56,472 bases of DNA, from the IMG/VR virus record IMGVR_UViG_3300032006_000007, positions 1-56,472 of that record. One strand, given 5' to 3'. Positions within the stretch are counted from its first letter, which is position 1. Each line of letters opens with the position of its first letter. The notes below the pieces were generated by a model that saw nothing but the letters and a program-made list of their open reading frames with translations, searched no databases and was not told the origin of the DNA. The stretch comes from a virus (taxonomy: Duplodnaviria; Caudoviricetes). The position numbers and the translations under genes are program-made. Shown one piece after another: positions 19,200 through 28,297 of this stretch.

Positions 19200-19494
19200 T
19201 ATTATCTGAAAACTTATCCCTACATTTTTTATACAAAGGTAATAGTTTTTCAGTAGTAACTCTCCACCCACCATTAACCTGATTTACTATTAGTTTTGAA
19301 TCAGAATGTATGGTTATTTCTTCTGTATAATTTCTATTTTTAATATATTCTAATGCATATATTAGGGCAAGATACTCTAACTCATTATTTGTTAAGTCAC
19401 CCGTTCTCGTTTTAACGGTTGTTAAATCTTTTGATCTATCTACAAGACATATTCTAGAACCTCTTGTACCACCATCTACGTAGATATTAATCAC
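19138..19494 (-). CDS. rnhA: ribonuclease HI-like protein
   Basis: IYVDGG, TNNELEY, SDSKLIVNQ, WVPRERN. Confidence 0.85.
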   Translation of the reverse strand: MINIYVDGGTRGSRICLVDRSKDLTTVKTRTGDLTNNELEYLALIYALEYIKNRNYTEEITIHSDSKLIVNQVNGGWRVTTEKLLPLYKKCRDKFSDNIKLKWVPRERNFAGFVLEDM

Positions 19495-19627
19495 TAGATG
19501 GTTTTGGATTCTTTGATGTATAAAGTTTCCTACATTCGTTACTACAGTAGATTCTTTGTCTGCCCTTATACCTCCATGGTAATGTGGCGTTACACTCTAT
19601 ACAGTGTTTGGGTTCATCTCGTCTCAT
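19487..19627 (-). CDS. 46-aa treble-clef Zn-finger microprotein (not in ORF track)
   Basis: MRRDEPKHCIECNATLP...IYCSNECRK; TTTAAATA upstream. Confidence 0.7.
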   Translation of the reverse strand: MRRDEPKHCIECNATLPWRYKGRQRIYCSNECRKLYTSKNPKPSSD

Positions 19628-19661
19628 ATAAAAAGGTATTGCTTTTAATGTATTTAAAGGT

Positions 19662-20804
19662 TTACTCTTCTTTTTCTTCTTCTTGTGTGTATCTTATGCC
19701 CCATGTGTTAACATTGACATCATTGAATTTCTTTGTTTTGTATGGTTTAACATCTGAATAAACAAAGTTTGCTGCTCCTTGTGTAGCAGTTGTTGCACTA
19801 CCACTAGAGGTTGAACCAACATCTTTCTTTTTTCCAGTTGCCGGATCTATATCTGCACCATCATCTTTTGTTTCTGGTTTTAATTCTTCGTGTTTAAATT
19901 GTTCTGGTTTCTCATCATGTGTTTGTCCTTCATAATCTTCAGTTGCATCTACTTGTCTTGATACATTACCTGAAATTCCTACAAATGGTCTTCCTCCTAC
20001 ATTACCTAATGCTGTATCTTCAACATCAGATTTGTCTTGGAAGTTACCAGTTCTAGCATGGTCTTTGGTTTCTGATTCTTTTGTTTCACCTTGTTCATAT
20101 GTGAATCCTTCTTTAGTTAAGACATCTTTTAATTCTTGTGGCATTTCTCTCCATGATTTTGAAATAAATCTAGGTGAAGGTACTCTAGCTGATGCTAAAA
20201 CATTCTCTCTTTCCTCATAATCCATGGAATCCCATGTCTTATTTACTATAATATCTTTAACGTAAAACGTCTCATTAATATGAATATCTTCAATTGTGCC
20301 ATCATCTTTGGCTACTGTAATATATGAACCACCCATTTTTACAACTACTCCTCTACCATTATCTACGCCATTTTGATAATAATGGATTTCATCTCCTATC
20401 TGTGTGGTTGCTATTTTGTTTAAGTCAGCCATTCTATTACTCTTTTTTGCAGGTCGCCCTATATAAGTTTCACCCTCAACGTCTTCATTAGGTTCTGATT
20501 GGTTAAACGCAGGTGCTAAATCACCATAACCATTTCCATCTTTCTCTACTTCTTCTTCTGGATCTTTCTCTACTTCTTCATTAGGGTTTTCTACTGGTTC
20601 AGACTCTGTTGATCTGAATGTTGGTTTAGGATTAGACCACCTAGATAACTCTTGATGTCCTACTTCATCTGGATCCATATTACCTGCTGGCATGAATACA
20701 CTTCGACCACCAACAGTCTGCCATTTTCCAGATTCACCTGTTGCAGGGTGTGCAATAGATGGATGTCTCCATGGTTTTGTTTTCTCTTCTACCATATATA
20801 TCAC
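19662..20804 (-). CDS. acidic low-complexity protein, candidate internal virion protein
   Basis: KWQTVGGRSVF motif, repeated EEVEKD, own TATA. Confidence 0.6.
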   Translation of the reverse strand: MIYMVEEKTKPWRHPSIAHPATGESGKWQTVGGRSVFMPAGNMDPDEVGHQELSRWSNPKPTFRSTESEPVENPNEEVEKDPEEEVEKDGNGYGDLAPAFNQSEPNEDVEGETYIGRPAKKSNRMADLNKIATTQIGDEIHYYQNGVDNGRGVVVKMGGSYITVAKDDGTIEDIHINETFYVKDIIVNKTWDSMDYEERENVLASARVPSPRFISKSWREMPQELKDVLTKEGFTYEQGETKESETKDHARTGNFQDKSDVEDTALGNVGGRPFVGISGNVSRQVDATEDYEGQTHDEKPEQFKHEELKPETKDDGADIDPATGKKKDVGSTSSGSATTATQGAANFVYSDVKPYKTKKFNDVNVNTWGIRYTQEEEKEE

Positions 20805-20826
20805 TAATGTGTTTAATATTTAAAGT

Positions 20827-22209
20827 TTAACCAAATAAAGCCTTCTTGAGACCTTCACCTACGTCTAAAGCGAACCAACCATCACCACCTTGAACTGCTC
20901 TACAGGCTAAAACAAGGCTATCAGGGTAGTCATCATGCTCATCTGATTTAATCTTCATAATTCCAGTTTCAGTATATTCTCTTCTCAAATAGGACAATTG
21001 ATAAACCAACTTATTAACATCCTTTAGAGTGATTCTTTTATTCTCAAATAGTAATCTAAGATTCTTATACATATCAGCCTTTTCTTGTAGTGTAAACATA
21101 ACCCCTCTAGCAGGTAAACCACGCTCCCGTGCCAAATCTATAAGACCACCACCCAATCCAGTTTCGTCTACATATACAGTTTCTACTTTATAATCTCTAC
21201 AAAATTCACCCATTCTTCCACATACATCTACCACATTAGATTGTGATTCTGCTTCTACGTGTTCAACAAACACATGATCATCATCGTCAACACCTACCAC
21301 AGTGTATACAGTTTCATCTCTTCCAGTACGTGCAACGTCAACTCCCATATAATATCTTGGTCTACCTTTAGGACTCTTATCATTAACAGCATCTTGTATT
21401 AATGAGTTAGGAATTAATGCATCACCTATATCTAGGAACTCACCTTCAACTTCTTGAACATACTCTTCTCTTGTTAATTTTTTAATCTCCTCAATAAATG
21501 TAGGATCTTCTTGTACAAGTGGGTTATCAGTTGACTTTACATGGAACTCTGTCCACATACCATCAGGGTTAGCAGGTCTTGCATTCTGACACGCTTCATA
21601 AAAATAACCTGATTTACTAAACGGTGTTGAAGTTAACCAAACTCTTGCTTGTGTAGCCATACCAGAAGGTAAGAACGCTCTAAGTATTTCTGTTTTAATG
21701 AAAGAACATTCGTCAGCTATAATTACGTGTGGAGAATAACCTCTCAGTGACACACCAGTTTCACCTGTTGCTCTTGTTACTATACGTGTCATGCCTGTTT
21801 GGTCTAAATATTTTACCCACATCTCTGTCTGTGTATTTCTAACTATGTAGCCTTTCAGAAACTCATTATTTATGATAAGACTTCTAATTCTATCAAACAT
21901 GATTGTTGCCTGATTTTGTGTAGGTGCAGCAATTACTATGGTACATTCTTCTTTTACTGTTTTCAACATTAAAGGTGCAAAGAAAGCAAAGTGTACTGTT
22001 TTAACAGCAGTTGACATTGTTTTACCTACCTGTCTGCCTGATCTATAGACTATAAATCTGTCTTGGCAGTTAACATATTTCTGATTATACTCAAATAATT
22101 TATGGTCTAAGAATATCTCAGAAAATTTACTAGGATTTGTTACACATTCTGCTACTACCTTGACAAAATTTTCTCTGTCTTTCAGGTCTTCCATTGTGGT
22201 TCTAGGCAT
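20827..22209 (-). CDS. terL: terminase large subunit
   Basis: SGRQVGKT, VIIADE, TSTP, MGVDVAR, HDDYPD. Start placed at the TAATG overlap at 22209. Confidence 0.95.
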   Translation of the reverse strand: MPRTTMEDLKDRENFVKVVAECVTNPSKFSEIFLDHKLFEYNQKYVNCQDRFIVYRSGRQVGKTMSTAVKTVHFAFFAPLMLKTVKEECTIVIAAPTQNQATIMFDRIRSLIINNEFLKGYIVRNTQTEMWVKYLDQTGMTRIVTRATGETGVSLRGYSPHVIIADECSFIKTEILRAFLPSGMATQARVWLTSTPFSKSGYFYEACQNARPANPDGMWTEFHVKSTDNPLVQEDPTFIEEIKKLTREEYVQEVEGEFLDIGDALIPNSLIQDAVNDKSPKGRPRYYMGVDVARTGRDETVYTVVGVDDDDHVFVEHVEAESQSNVVDVCGRMGEFCRDYKVETVYVDETGLGGGLIDLARERGLPARGVMFTLQEKADMYKNLRLLFENKRITLKDVNKLVYQLSYLRREYTETGIMKIKSDEHDDYPDSLVLACRAVQGGDGWFALDVGEGLKKALFG

Positions 22210-22358
22210 TATACTGCCCTCGTATGAGATGCTTTTATATGCTCTATTACTTCTTGAGAGTCTTTGAACCCCCTCTTTCCACACCATATACAGTGCTTTA
22301 TATTATAGATATTGGATTTTTCCCATGATCTTTCATGAAATTCATCAACATCACTCAT
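22209..22358 (-). CDS. 49-aa C2H2 Zn-finger microprotein (not in ORF track)
   Basis: CIWCGKRGF...EHIKASH; its stop overlaps the terL ATG. Confidence 0.7.
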   Translation of the reverse strand: MSDVDEFHERSWEKSNIYNIKHCIWCGKRGFKDSQEVIEHIKASHTRAV

Positions 22359-22437
22359 CAGTTACTTCATCCCCACAAGTTCTACAGTAGAATTTGAATT
22401 CCTTGAAGAAAAAATTAGGGTGTTTACATTCACTCAT
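22351..22437 (-). CDS. 28-aa Zn-binding microprotein (not in ORF track)
   Basis: MSECKHPNFFFKEFKFYCRTCGDEVTDE; overlaps both neighbours. Confidence 0.5.
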   Translation of the reverse strand: MSECKHPNFFFKEFKFYCRTCGDEVTDE

Positions 22438-22672
22438 CTTCTACCCACACCCATTTACCTCTGTTATTCATCTTAATTGGTTTCTTTGGCTTTTTCTTAT
22501 TCTTTATCTGGTTTAGAAACATTAGTTGATTGGCTAGCATATATGTTAGTGTAGTTTTTTCAGAACCGGTAGCAGTTTTTAGTTTCTCTTCTATTTCCCT
22601 TACCAGTTTTTCTTGTGCTTCCTCTGGAGGTAGTACAAATTTCTCTCTTTTTAACCAGTCAAATATACCCAT
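22430..22672 (-). CDS. hypothetical protein
   Basis: 80-aa ORF in the packaging operon. Confidence 0.65.
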   Translation of the reverse strand: MGIFDWLKREKFVLPPEEAQEKLVREIEEKLKTATGSEKTTLTYMLANQLMFLNQIKNKKKPKKPIKMNNRGKWVWVEDE

Positions 22673-23188
22673 TTAATCACCACTCTTCTGTGCTTTTATC
22701 TGTCTAAATATATTAGCAATATCCCCTTCTTTATTATATTCTGCCTTTTCTGTTACAACTATCTTTGAGTTCATGTCATTGATAGATTTGACCACATTTA
22801 ATAAAGTATTAATTTCAGATTTAGTGTTTCTATCAGGTATATTACCATCAAGTTTTGATTGTGTTAGAGCCATAAGTACATTTTCAAATGATAGTTTTGC
22901 AATCATATCCATCATTGATTTTAAATCTTCAGGGTTTCTAGTATCAATTTCATTAATGAATTGAACAAAGTCATCTCGTATTCCACAAGCAGCACCAGCT
23001 TCATACTTAGGACATTTTCCATTGCCACCTGTTTCGATTGATCTATAAACACATTGGTCACAGAGAGCAGGGATATTTGCCGTCTTAAAATGTTTTGCAG
23101 CATTGAATTTAGAGAGTGTTTTCCTCTTATCTTCACTAGCAATATATGTACCATCAAGCTTCTTAATCTTAAAGATATCATCTGCCAT
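22673..23188 (-). CDS. putative terminase small subunit
   Basis: Upstream of terL; Cys cluster (CDQC..C..C) followed by helical segments. Confidence 0.5.
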   Translation of the reverse strand: MADDIFKIKKLDGTYIASEDKRKTLSKFNAAKHFKTANIPALCDQCVYRSIETGGNGKCPKYEAGAACGIRDDFVQFINEIDTRNPEDLKSMMDMIAKLSFENVLMALTQSKLDGNIPDRNTKSEINTLLNVVKSINDMNSKIVVTEKAEYNKEGDIANIFRQIKAQKSGD

Positions 23189-23205
23189 ATAATAACTGTT
23201 ATATA

Positions 23206-23979
23206 TTAGTTAATAAAGTTTTCTTCATAAATTCCGTATGATTTACACATTGGCATAAATAATATAGCAATTGGAACTTTCATCAATGTATAATAATCTC
23301 CATTAATTATATCTTCTGTTTTTATATTACATTTTTCTAGGTTTTCTTTGTAAACCTCACACCAATGACGTAATTGTGGTACCATACCCCTACCTTTTTC
23401 ACCAAAGAACATAGATAAAGTAGAGTTATTATTCCAAACTTCTGTTTTTTTACTCATGGCTGCTGACATCCAACCACTAGTATCTAAACTTTCAAAGAAC
23501 CTTTGTTCAATATATCTTCCTTTTGCAAGACCGTGATATTTTAAATTCATTGGTAGTTTTCTCATCTGATCTTCAGTTTCTAGCTTACCTTTTATTTCTC
23601 CAAGACATACATAAGTGTCTGCTGGTAGTTGTAATTGACTTAGATGATGTAAATAGTTACCTTGTAATACAGGTAAAGTCCAATCAATACCCAATTCTTT
23701 TTCTTTTTTCCAGTATTTTAATGTCTCATTCATGTCATAAAACACATCAAATTGTGTCGCAAAATTGTAACGTTCTTTATTAGCTTTTAACCAACTATGA
23801 TATTTGTCTGCATCTCCATTCGTACCTGCTACAACGAATACAGAATCAAATTCTTGAAATTTTTTGATATTCGCATATGAATATCTATGTGATAACATCA
23901 CATTTTTTATTCCACATGATTGTAATGCTTCTAAATGAGCTTTATTATTAGCATTAAAATAAATCTTCATCGGCATCAA
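23206..23979 (-). CDS. TGT/DpdA-like (transglycosylase-fold) protein, divergent
   Basis: KIYF..VMLS..QFDV..LPVLQ..YVCLG..YHGLA..SLDTSGW follows the motif order of phage TGT-like proteins; VVAGT replaces the usual LDSG. Confidence 0.55.
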   Translation of the reverse strand: MMPMKIYFNANNKAHLEALQSCGIKNVMLSHRYSYANIKKFQEFDSVFVVAGTNGDADKYHSWLKANKERYNFATQFDVFYDMNETLKYWKKEKELGIDWTLPVLQGNYLHHLSQLQLPADTYVCLGEIKGKLETEDQMRKLPMNLKYHGLAKGRYIEQRFFESLDTSGWMSAAMSKKTEVWNNNSTLSMFFGEKGRGMVPQLRHWCEVYKENLEKCNIKTEDIINGDYYTLMKVPIAILFMPMCKSYGIYEENFIN

Positions 23980-24187
23980 CCACCCATCTCAATGCCCTTA
24001 TAATACCTCTTCTTTCTTCATCAGGTATTTTAAGAAATCTTACTGGTGTCTCTCTCACATCTGTTTCTTCATGTAATAATAGTTCTTTCTGTACTAGAAT
24101 TAGATGTCTGATTTGTTCTTCAGTTCTCATCATAATACTCCCTATTATCTGTGAAACATTTACTGGCGTATGGACACATACCATCAC
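23954..24187 (-). CDS. small hypothetical protein
   Basis: MRTEEQIR...GIIRALRWV; the real start is probably near 24133. Confidence 0.55.
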   Translation of the reverse strand: MMVCVHTPVNVSQIIGSIMMRTEEQIRHLILVQKELLLHEETDVRETPVRFLKIPDEERRGIIRALRWVVDADEDLF

Positions 24188-24887
24188 ACAAGAAGCATTT
24201 CGTTCTTTCAGGGAGTTTTTTATCTAGTAGTGATTCTTTGATTATAGCAGCCTTTTCTTTCATATCTTCCACGGTTTCTTCATAAGGTGCTAATTTAAAT
24301 GTTAAAGCCACTGGCTTATCTCTAACTTCTTTTTCTATCTTATTACTAATGTATATGACACAGCCAAATGTTGCATCGATATTATAGCATTTATGTAACA
24401 ATACTCTATATCTATTAATCTGATCTTTATGAGAATCACTTGGTTTAGATGATGCTTTAGAGAAATAACCTATAGAACCGGTTGTTTTCTTATCACATAT
24501 TACCCATTTATCCTCTACTTTCATTAGGTCATCTATGCTTCCATATATAATATCTAGGTGTTTTGGATCATCATCTGGTATAGCTTTGGCTTCTTCATAT
24601 GTTAGTGGTTTATCTTCCACCCAATCCCAAGCCAAGAATTTTTCATGATTTTCATCTGTTGCTAATTGTGAATTACTATGTACAGCTTGACCAAAATAAA
24701 GAGATTTTGTATTCTCTGTGTCCATGCCTGTGTCTGGTAGTATTTTTTTATAAATAACATTTCTCATACATGGTTTAATAACATCAGAAACGTGTATTGT
24801 ACCAAGTCTTTCTGTCTCCATAGCTTCCATTTGGGCTCTACGAAACTCAAAATATATTTGATTATTAATATCTTCTATCTTTAACAT
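24120..24887 (-). CDS. Cas4-like (RecB-family) Fe-S nuclease, stand-alone
   Basis: One N-terminal Cys (PCMR) plus C-terminal CFLCDGMCPYASKC; GSIDD, DKKT, QINRY. Confidence 0.85.
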   Translation of the reverse strand: MLKIEDINNQIYFEFRRAQMEAMETERLGTIHVSDVIKPCMRNVIYKKILPDTGMDTENTKSLYFGQAVHSNSQLATDENHEKFLAWDWVEDKPLTYEEAKAIPDDDPKHLDIIYGSIDDLMKVEDKWVICDKKTTGSIGYFSKASSKPSDSHKDQINRYRVLLHKCYNIDATFGCVIYISNKIEKEVRDKPVALTFKLAPYEETVEDMKEKAAIIKESLLDKKLPERTKCFLCDGMCPYASKCFTDNREYYDEN

Positions 24888-24920
24888 TGTCTGGTGTAAA
24901 ACTATACCTAATATAAAGGT

Positions 24921-25031
24921 TTAGGCTATATCTTTTGGACAATCACAAGATACATTTCCTTGATCATCATGGTCAAATTTCTTTTTACAGGTTCCACAAA
25001 CACCTGATGCAACTATTGTTATATCTGCCAT
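24921..25031 (-). CDS. 36-aa Cys-rich microprotein (not in ORF track)
   Basis: MADITIVASGVCGTCKKKFDHDDQGNVSCDCPKDIA; TAATG overlap, GAGGAG upstream. Confidence 0.6.
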   Translation of the reverse strand: MADITIVASGVCGTCKKKFDHDDQGNVSCDCPKDIA

Positions 25032-25384
25032 TAGTAACTCTCCTCTATACTAAAAGAAAAAGATTCTGTTTGTTCTGAAATAGCACCGTTTGTATCTAAT
25101 AGTTCTACTTCTCCTTCCCATCTACCAGCTTTAGAGTTGGTTGCATCTGTTGCACTTAGTGCATAACTTACTTCTCCATTAGATCTATCATCAAATATTA
25201 AGTCTCCGTTTATTAATAGTGTTCCATCTGTTTTCCATACCTTCCATTTACCTGTGGCATATGTAGTAGTATTGGATAGGTTCTTTGCTGAGCCTGTTGA
25301 ATCAGATATAGTCAACTGTAGTGTTGCCCTACTTCCGGCTTTTACCTTATACTCGATTGCTCTTGGTGTCATATCTATACTCAT
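25031..25384 (-). CDS. BppU-like Ig-fold baseplate/tail protein
   Basis: GEVSYAL...AGRWEGEVEL pattern; last gene of the tail module. Confidence 0.55.
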   Translation of the reverse strand: MSIDMTPRAIEYKVKAGSRATLQLTISDSTGSAKNLSNTTTYATGKWKVWKTDGTLLINGDLIFDDRSNGEVSYALSATDATNSKAGRWEGEVELLDTNGAISEQTESFSFSIEESY

Positions 25385-25385
25385 T

Positions 25386-26660
25386 CTAGTAACCTGCTCC
25401 TCTTAAACTCTTATTCCTTTTAAATATTCTTGCAATCTTACTTCTACCGAATGCTCTAGCCACTCTTCTTCTGCCTGCTACAACTCTTCCTTCTAATGAG
25501 TTTCTTAATGAAGTTTCTATTATATTTTCAGTTTCTGCTATAGCACGTATAATTCCTTTCAACCTAGTAGTGTTATCAGATATACTCAATGTGTCTGATA
25601 GGACACGAATCATTGTTCTTACTATAGCACTTGCTTCTGATATTCTTAATACTTCATTAATCATAATTGTTACGTTTAATGCAGTAATAAATGCTTCAGA
25701 TATATTAACACTCTCGTTTATTCTTCGTACCATTGTTCTAGGTAGTTTTTGTAAGTCTTGTATCTGTTGTGACTCATTAAATATTCTTACAAGTGTTCTT
25801 GAGAAATTCTCTGCTTCATCAATTCCTATAACCTCATTAATCATTCTTGCTAAAACTCTTGGTAATGAATTTATTTCTTGGACTTGAATTGTTTCGGTTA
25901 TTAATCTTGCAGTGTTTCCTAACCTGTTCTTTGTTTCAGATATTTGTAATGTTTCATTAACAAACAAAGCCATTCCAAGTAACCTGCTTGTGACTTCAGA
26001 TGTTTGTATGGTTTCATTCATTGCTCTTATTATTAATCCAAGTCTATTAGAAACCTCACTTGTTTGTAATGTCTCTGCTAATATTCTTACTAAACTTCTA
26101 ACTGTTAATTGTGATTCAGATATAGATAGTGTTTCATCTATTGGTTTTAATCCAGTTCCTAATCTACTAACTGATTCAACTTGTTGTATAGTATCAGATA
26201 ATAATCTTACCAAAAATCTTGTCTTTTCTTCAAGATCTGCTACTGTTTCTGTTTCGTTGATTTGTCTTGATAATTCTTCTAATCTGTTAAAGTTTTCAGA
26301 TATCTGTTCTGTTTCATTTACTGCTTTAATCCTTCCTCTCAAATAAGCAACTGCTTCAGATATAGATGCTGATTCATTAACGTGTTTAAACAAACCAGAT
26401 ACTTTTATTGCTGCTTCGTTAACAGACATTGATTCATTAATGAATTTTAATATTGTTGGTATGACATCAAAAACTGCTGCTATCTCATATGAGCCTACAT
26501 TGTAAGCATTTGCTTGAAAGACATTAGTCTGAAATAGTTTTTGATTCTTATTTATTCCTTGAAATATACTTTTTTGAAATGGATATGCACCCCACTTTTC
26601 ATTTTGGAATGTGTTATTTTGTGTTATATTCTTTTGGAATACCGGTAATACTTTTGCCAA
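25386..26660 (-). CDS. repeat protein with about 16 x 20-aa (I/V)NE(T/S)xxIxE units, probable virion fibre
   Basis: Regular 20-residue period; N-terminal FQxN repeats; Arg-rich C-terminus. Confidence 0.7.
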   Translation of the reverse strand: MAKVLPVFQKNITQNNTFQNEKWGAYPFQKSIFQGINKNQKLFQTNVFQANAYNVGSYEIAAVFDVIPTILKFINESMSVNEAAIKVSGLFKHVNESASISEAVAYLRGRIKAVNETEQISENFNRLEELSRQINETETVADLEEKTRFLVRLLSDTIQQVESVSRLGTGLKPIDETLSISESQLTVRSLVRILAETLQTSEVSNRLGLIIRAMNETIQTSEVTSRLLGMALFVNETLQISETKNRLGNTARLITETIQVQEINSLPRVLARMINEVIGIDEAENFSRTLVRIFNESQQIQDLQKLPRTMVRRINESVNISEAFITALNVTIMINEVLRISEASAIVRTMIRVLSDTLSISDNTTRLKGIIRAIAETENIIETSLRNSLEGRVVAGRRRVARAFGRSKIARIFKRNKSLRGAGY

Positions 26661-27239
26661 CTATGTTATCTCTGTCCACGAATTCGATGTTGCATTCCAT
26701 ATATAGTGTTTACCTGTATCACTCTCTTCAAAAACTGAACCGTCATTTGTTGTATCAACTATTACATCACTTGCATCGCCCCATACTGTAATATATGAAC
26801 CAGCTCCAAATCCACCACCACCACAAGTTGCACTAAATGAGGTTATTTTATTTGAGGTATCTGTATATTTTCCAACTGCTTCAAATCTATCAGGTGCAGA
26901 TGAACCATTATATAAACAATATTTCCATTGAACTAATTTTTCACTATTAGTGAGATTTGTTATATTATATGTTGCTAGAGTGTTTCCAGCTAGTTGACCA
27001 TAATTACCATGAATACCGGTATGATTATTATTTCCACTATAACTACCACCATTCTTTGTATAACTAGCAGAAAAATTACTACCAGATGTAACATTATTTG
27101 GAAATAATGTAAAGTCACCTGTTCCTTCTTTTACAACATATACAACTACTTTCAAAATATCTGCTTCATCAAATGTAAAATTACTAAAATTATCCCCTGT
27201 ACTTGATATTGATTGATGTGCTAATCTTTTCCAAGTCAT
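26661..27239 (-). CDS. tail adhesin module F (X domain plus scaffold C-half)
   Basis: Paralogous to the N-terminus of 31964..33211; ends GSVFEESDTGKHYIW..WTEIT. Confidence 0.7.
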   Translation of the reverse strand: MTWKRLAHQSISSTGDNFSNFTFDEADILKVVVYVVKEGTGDFTLFPNNVTSGSNFSASYTKNGGSYSGNNNHTGIHGNYGQLAGNTLATYNITNLTNSEKLVQWKYCLYNGSSAPDRFEAVGKYTDTSNKITSFSATCGGGGFGAGSYITVWGDASDVIVDTTNDGSVFEESDTGKHYIWNATSNSWTEIT

Positions 27240-28297
27240 TAGTCAGCACCCCACACCTTTAAGATACTACCACTTGCCCAACCACCTGAACCATTTTCTT
27301 TTACTTTAATTGATGTAATTTGGTTTGAAGTGTTTGCCCATTTTCCAGTAAGTTCTCTAGCACTTGGATTATTTGCAGCTCCAGTTGAACCCCACATAGC
27401 TTGACCAATTGCCATTTTTTCTCTATTTGCTTTATTAACAATAAACCAATGATTGCGACCGTAATTTCCACCAGTACCACCACCTAATGTTGATTCTGAT
27501 GTACCTGTATCGTCAGAAGCTCCATCATTACTATACCTTCTTGCATAGTTAGAACCTGTATCTTCATTGAATTGTAAATCAGAACCAGATATTGAACCAT
27601 CAGCTATAACATTAAGTTCAATCCATAAATATTTTTTAGCAGTAAAAGTTCCAGAATTAATTTCATTAGCAGTAGATGTTAATGTTGTGCTTGCTAATTC
27701 TTGCCAAAAATTTGTACCACTATCAGCTTCATCATTATCACATCCAAGAACAACACATTCTGAACCGGCAGCATAATCTCCACCTTCTGTATGATATACA
27801 TTTACAGATGTTATTGCATTTGAAGTATTACGCCATACGCCAGATATTTCTGATCTGTTTGGATCATTACCTGCACCTGCTGTACCATCTATTCCATGTG
27901 TAATCCATAATTTTTCTTTACTTGGTTCATTTACAACATTAGCAACTAACCATTCATCACTTGCGTTACCGGGATTGAGTGAGAATGAAACATTTGTTCT
28001 ACTAGCACTTGTTGCTTCACTACCACCGTTTCTACAACCTCTTTGTGCATAGTTTGAACCTGTATCTGAATTAAATCTTAAACGACTTGATATATCTCCA
28101 CTTGGTATTCCATGTTGTAATATCATAAGATTATCTTTTGCAGCAAAATTTGAAACATCTATTGCATCACCTGTTGAACTTAATGTAGTTCTTCCTAGTT
28201 CCTTCCAACTTGTTTGTGGAGGTGAAGTTAGATTTAATGCTGTTCTTTCAGCAGCAGTTCCCTGCATTCTTCTACCACCTAGATATTTAATAGCCAT
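27239..28297 (-). CDS. tail adhesin module E (scaffold N-half plus two X domains)
   Basis: MAIKYLGGRRMQGT; paralogous to 33211..34257 (SWKEL, VVLGCDNDEAD). Confidence 0.7.
   Translation of the reverse strand: MAIKYLGGRRMQGTAAERTALNLTSPPQTSWKELGRTTLSSTGDAIDVSNFAAKDNLMILQHGIPSGDISSRLRFNSDTGSNYAQRGCRNGGSEATSASRTNVSFSLNPGNASDEWLVANVVNEPSKEKLWITHGIDGTAGAGNDPNRSEISGVWRNTSNAITSVNVYHTEGGDYAAGSECVVLGCDNDEADSGTNFWQELASTTLTSTANEINSGTFTAKKYLWIELNVIADGSISGSDLQFNEDTGSNYARRYSNDGASDDTGTSESTLGGGTGGNYGRNHWFIVNKANREKMAIGQAMWGSTGAANNPSARELTGKWANTSNQITSIKVKENGSGGWASGSILKVWGAD

Noticed and set aside
11025-22209. Inteins in RadA, MCM or TerL
   Set aside because: Normal lengths, contiguous motifs, no splice-junction or LAGLIDADG signatures.
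22210-22287. Listed N-terminal extension of terL
   Set aside because: Better explained by an overlapping C2H2 microprotein whose stop overlaps the ATG at 22209.
24120-24887. CRISPR-Cas locus or mini-array around cas4
   Set aside because: No repeat-spacer array or other cas genes seen; stand-alone Cas4 is common in archaeal viruses.
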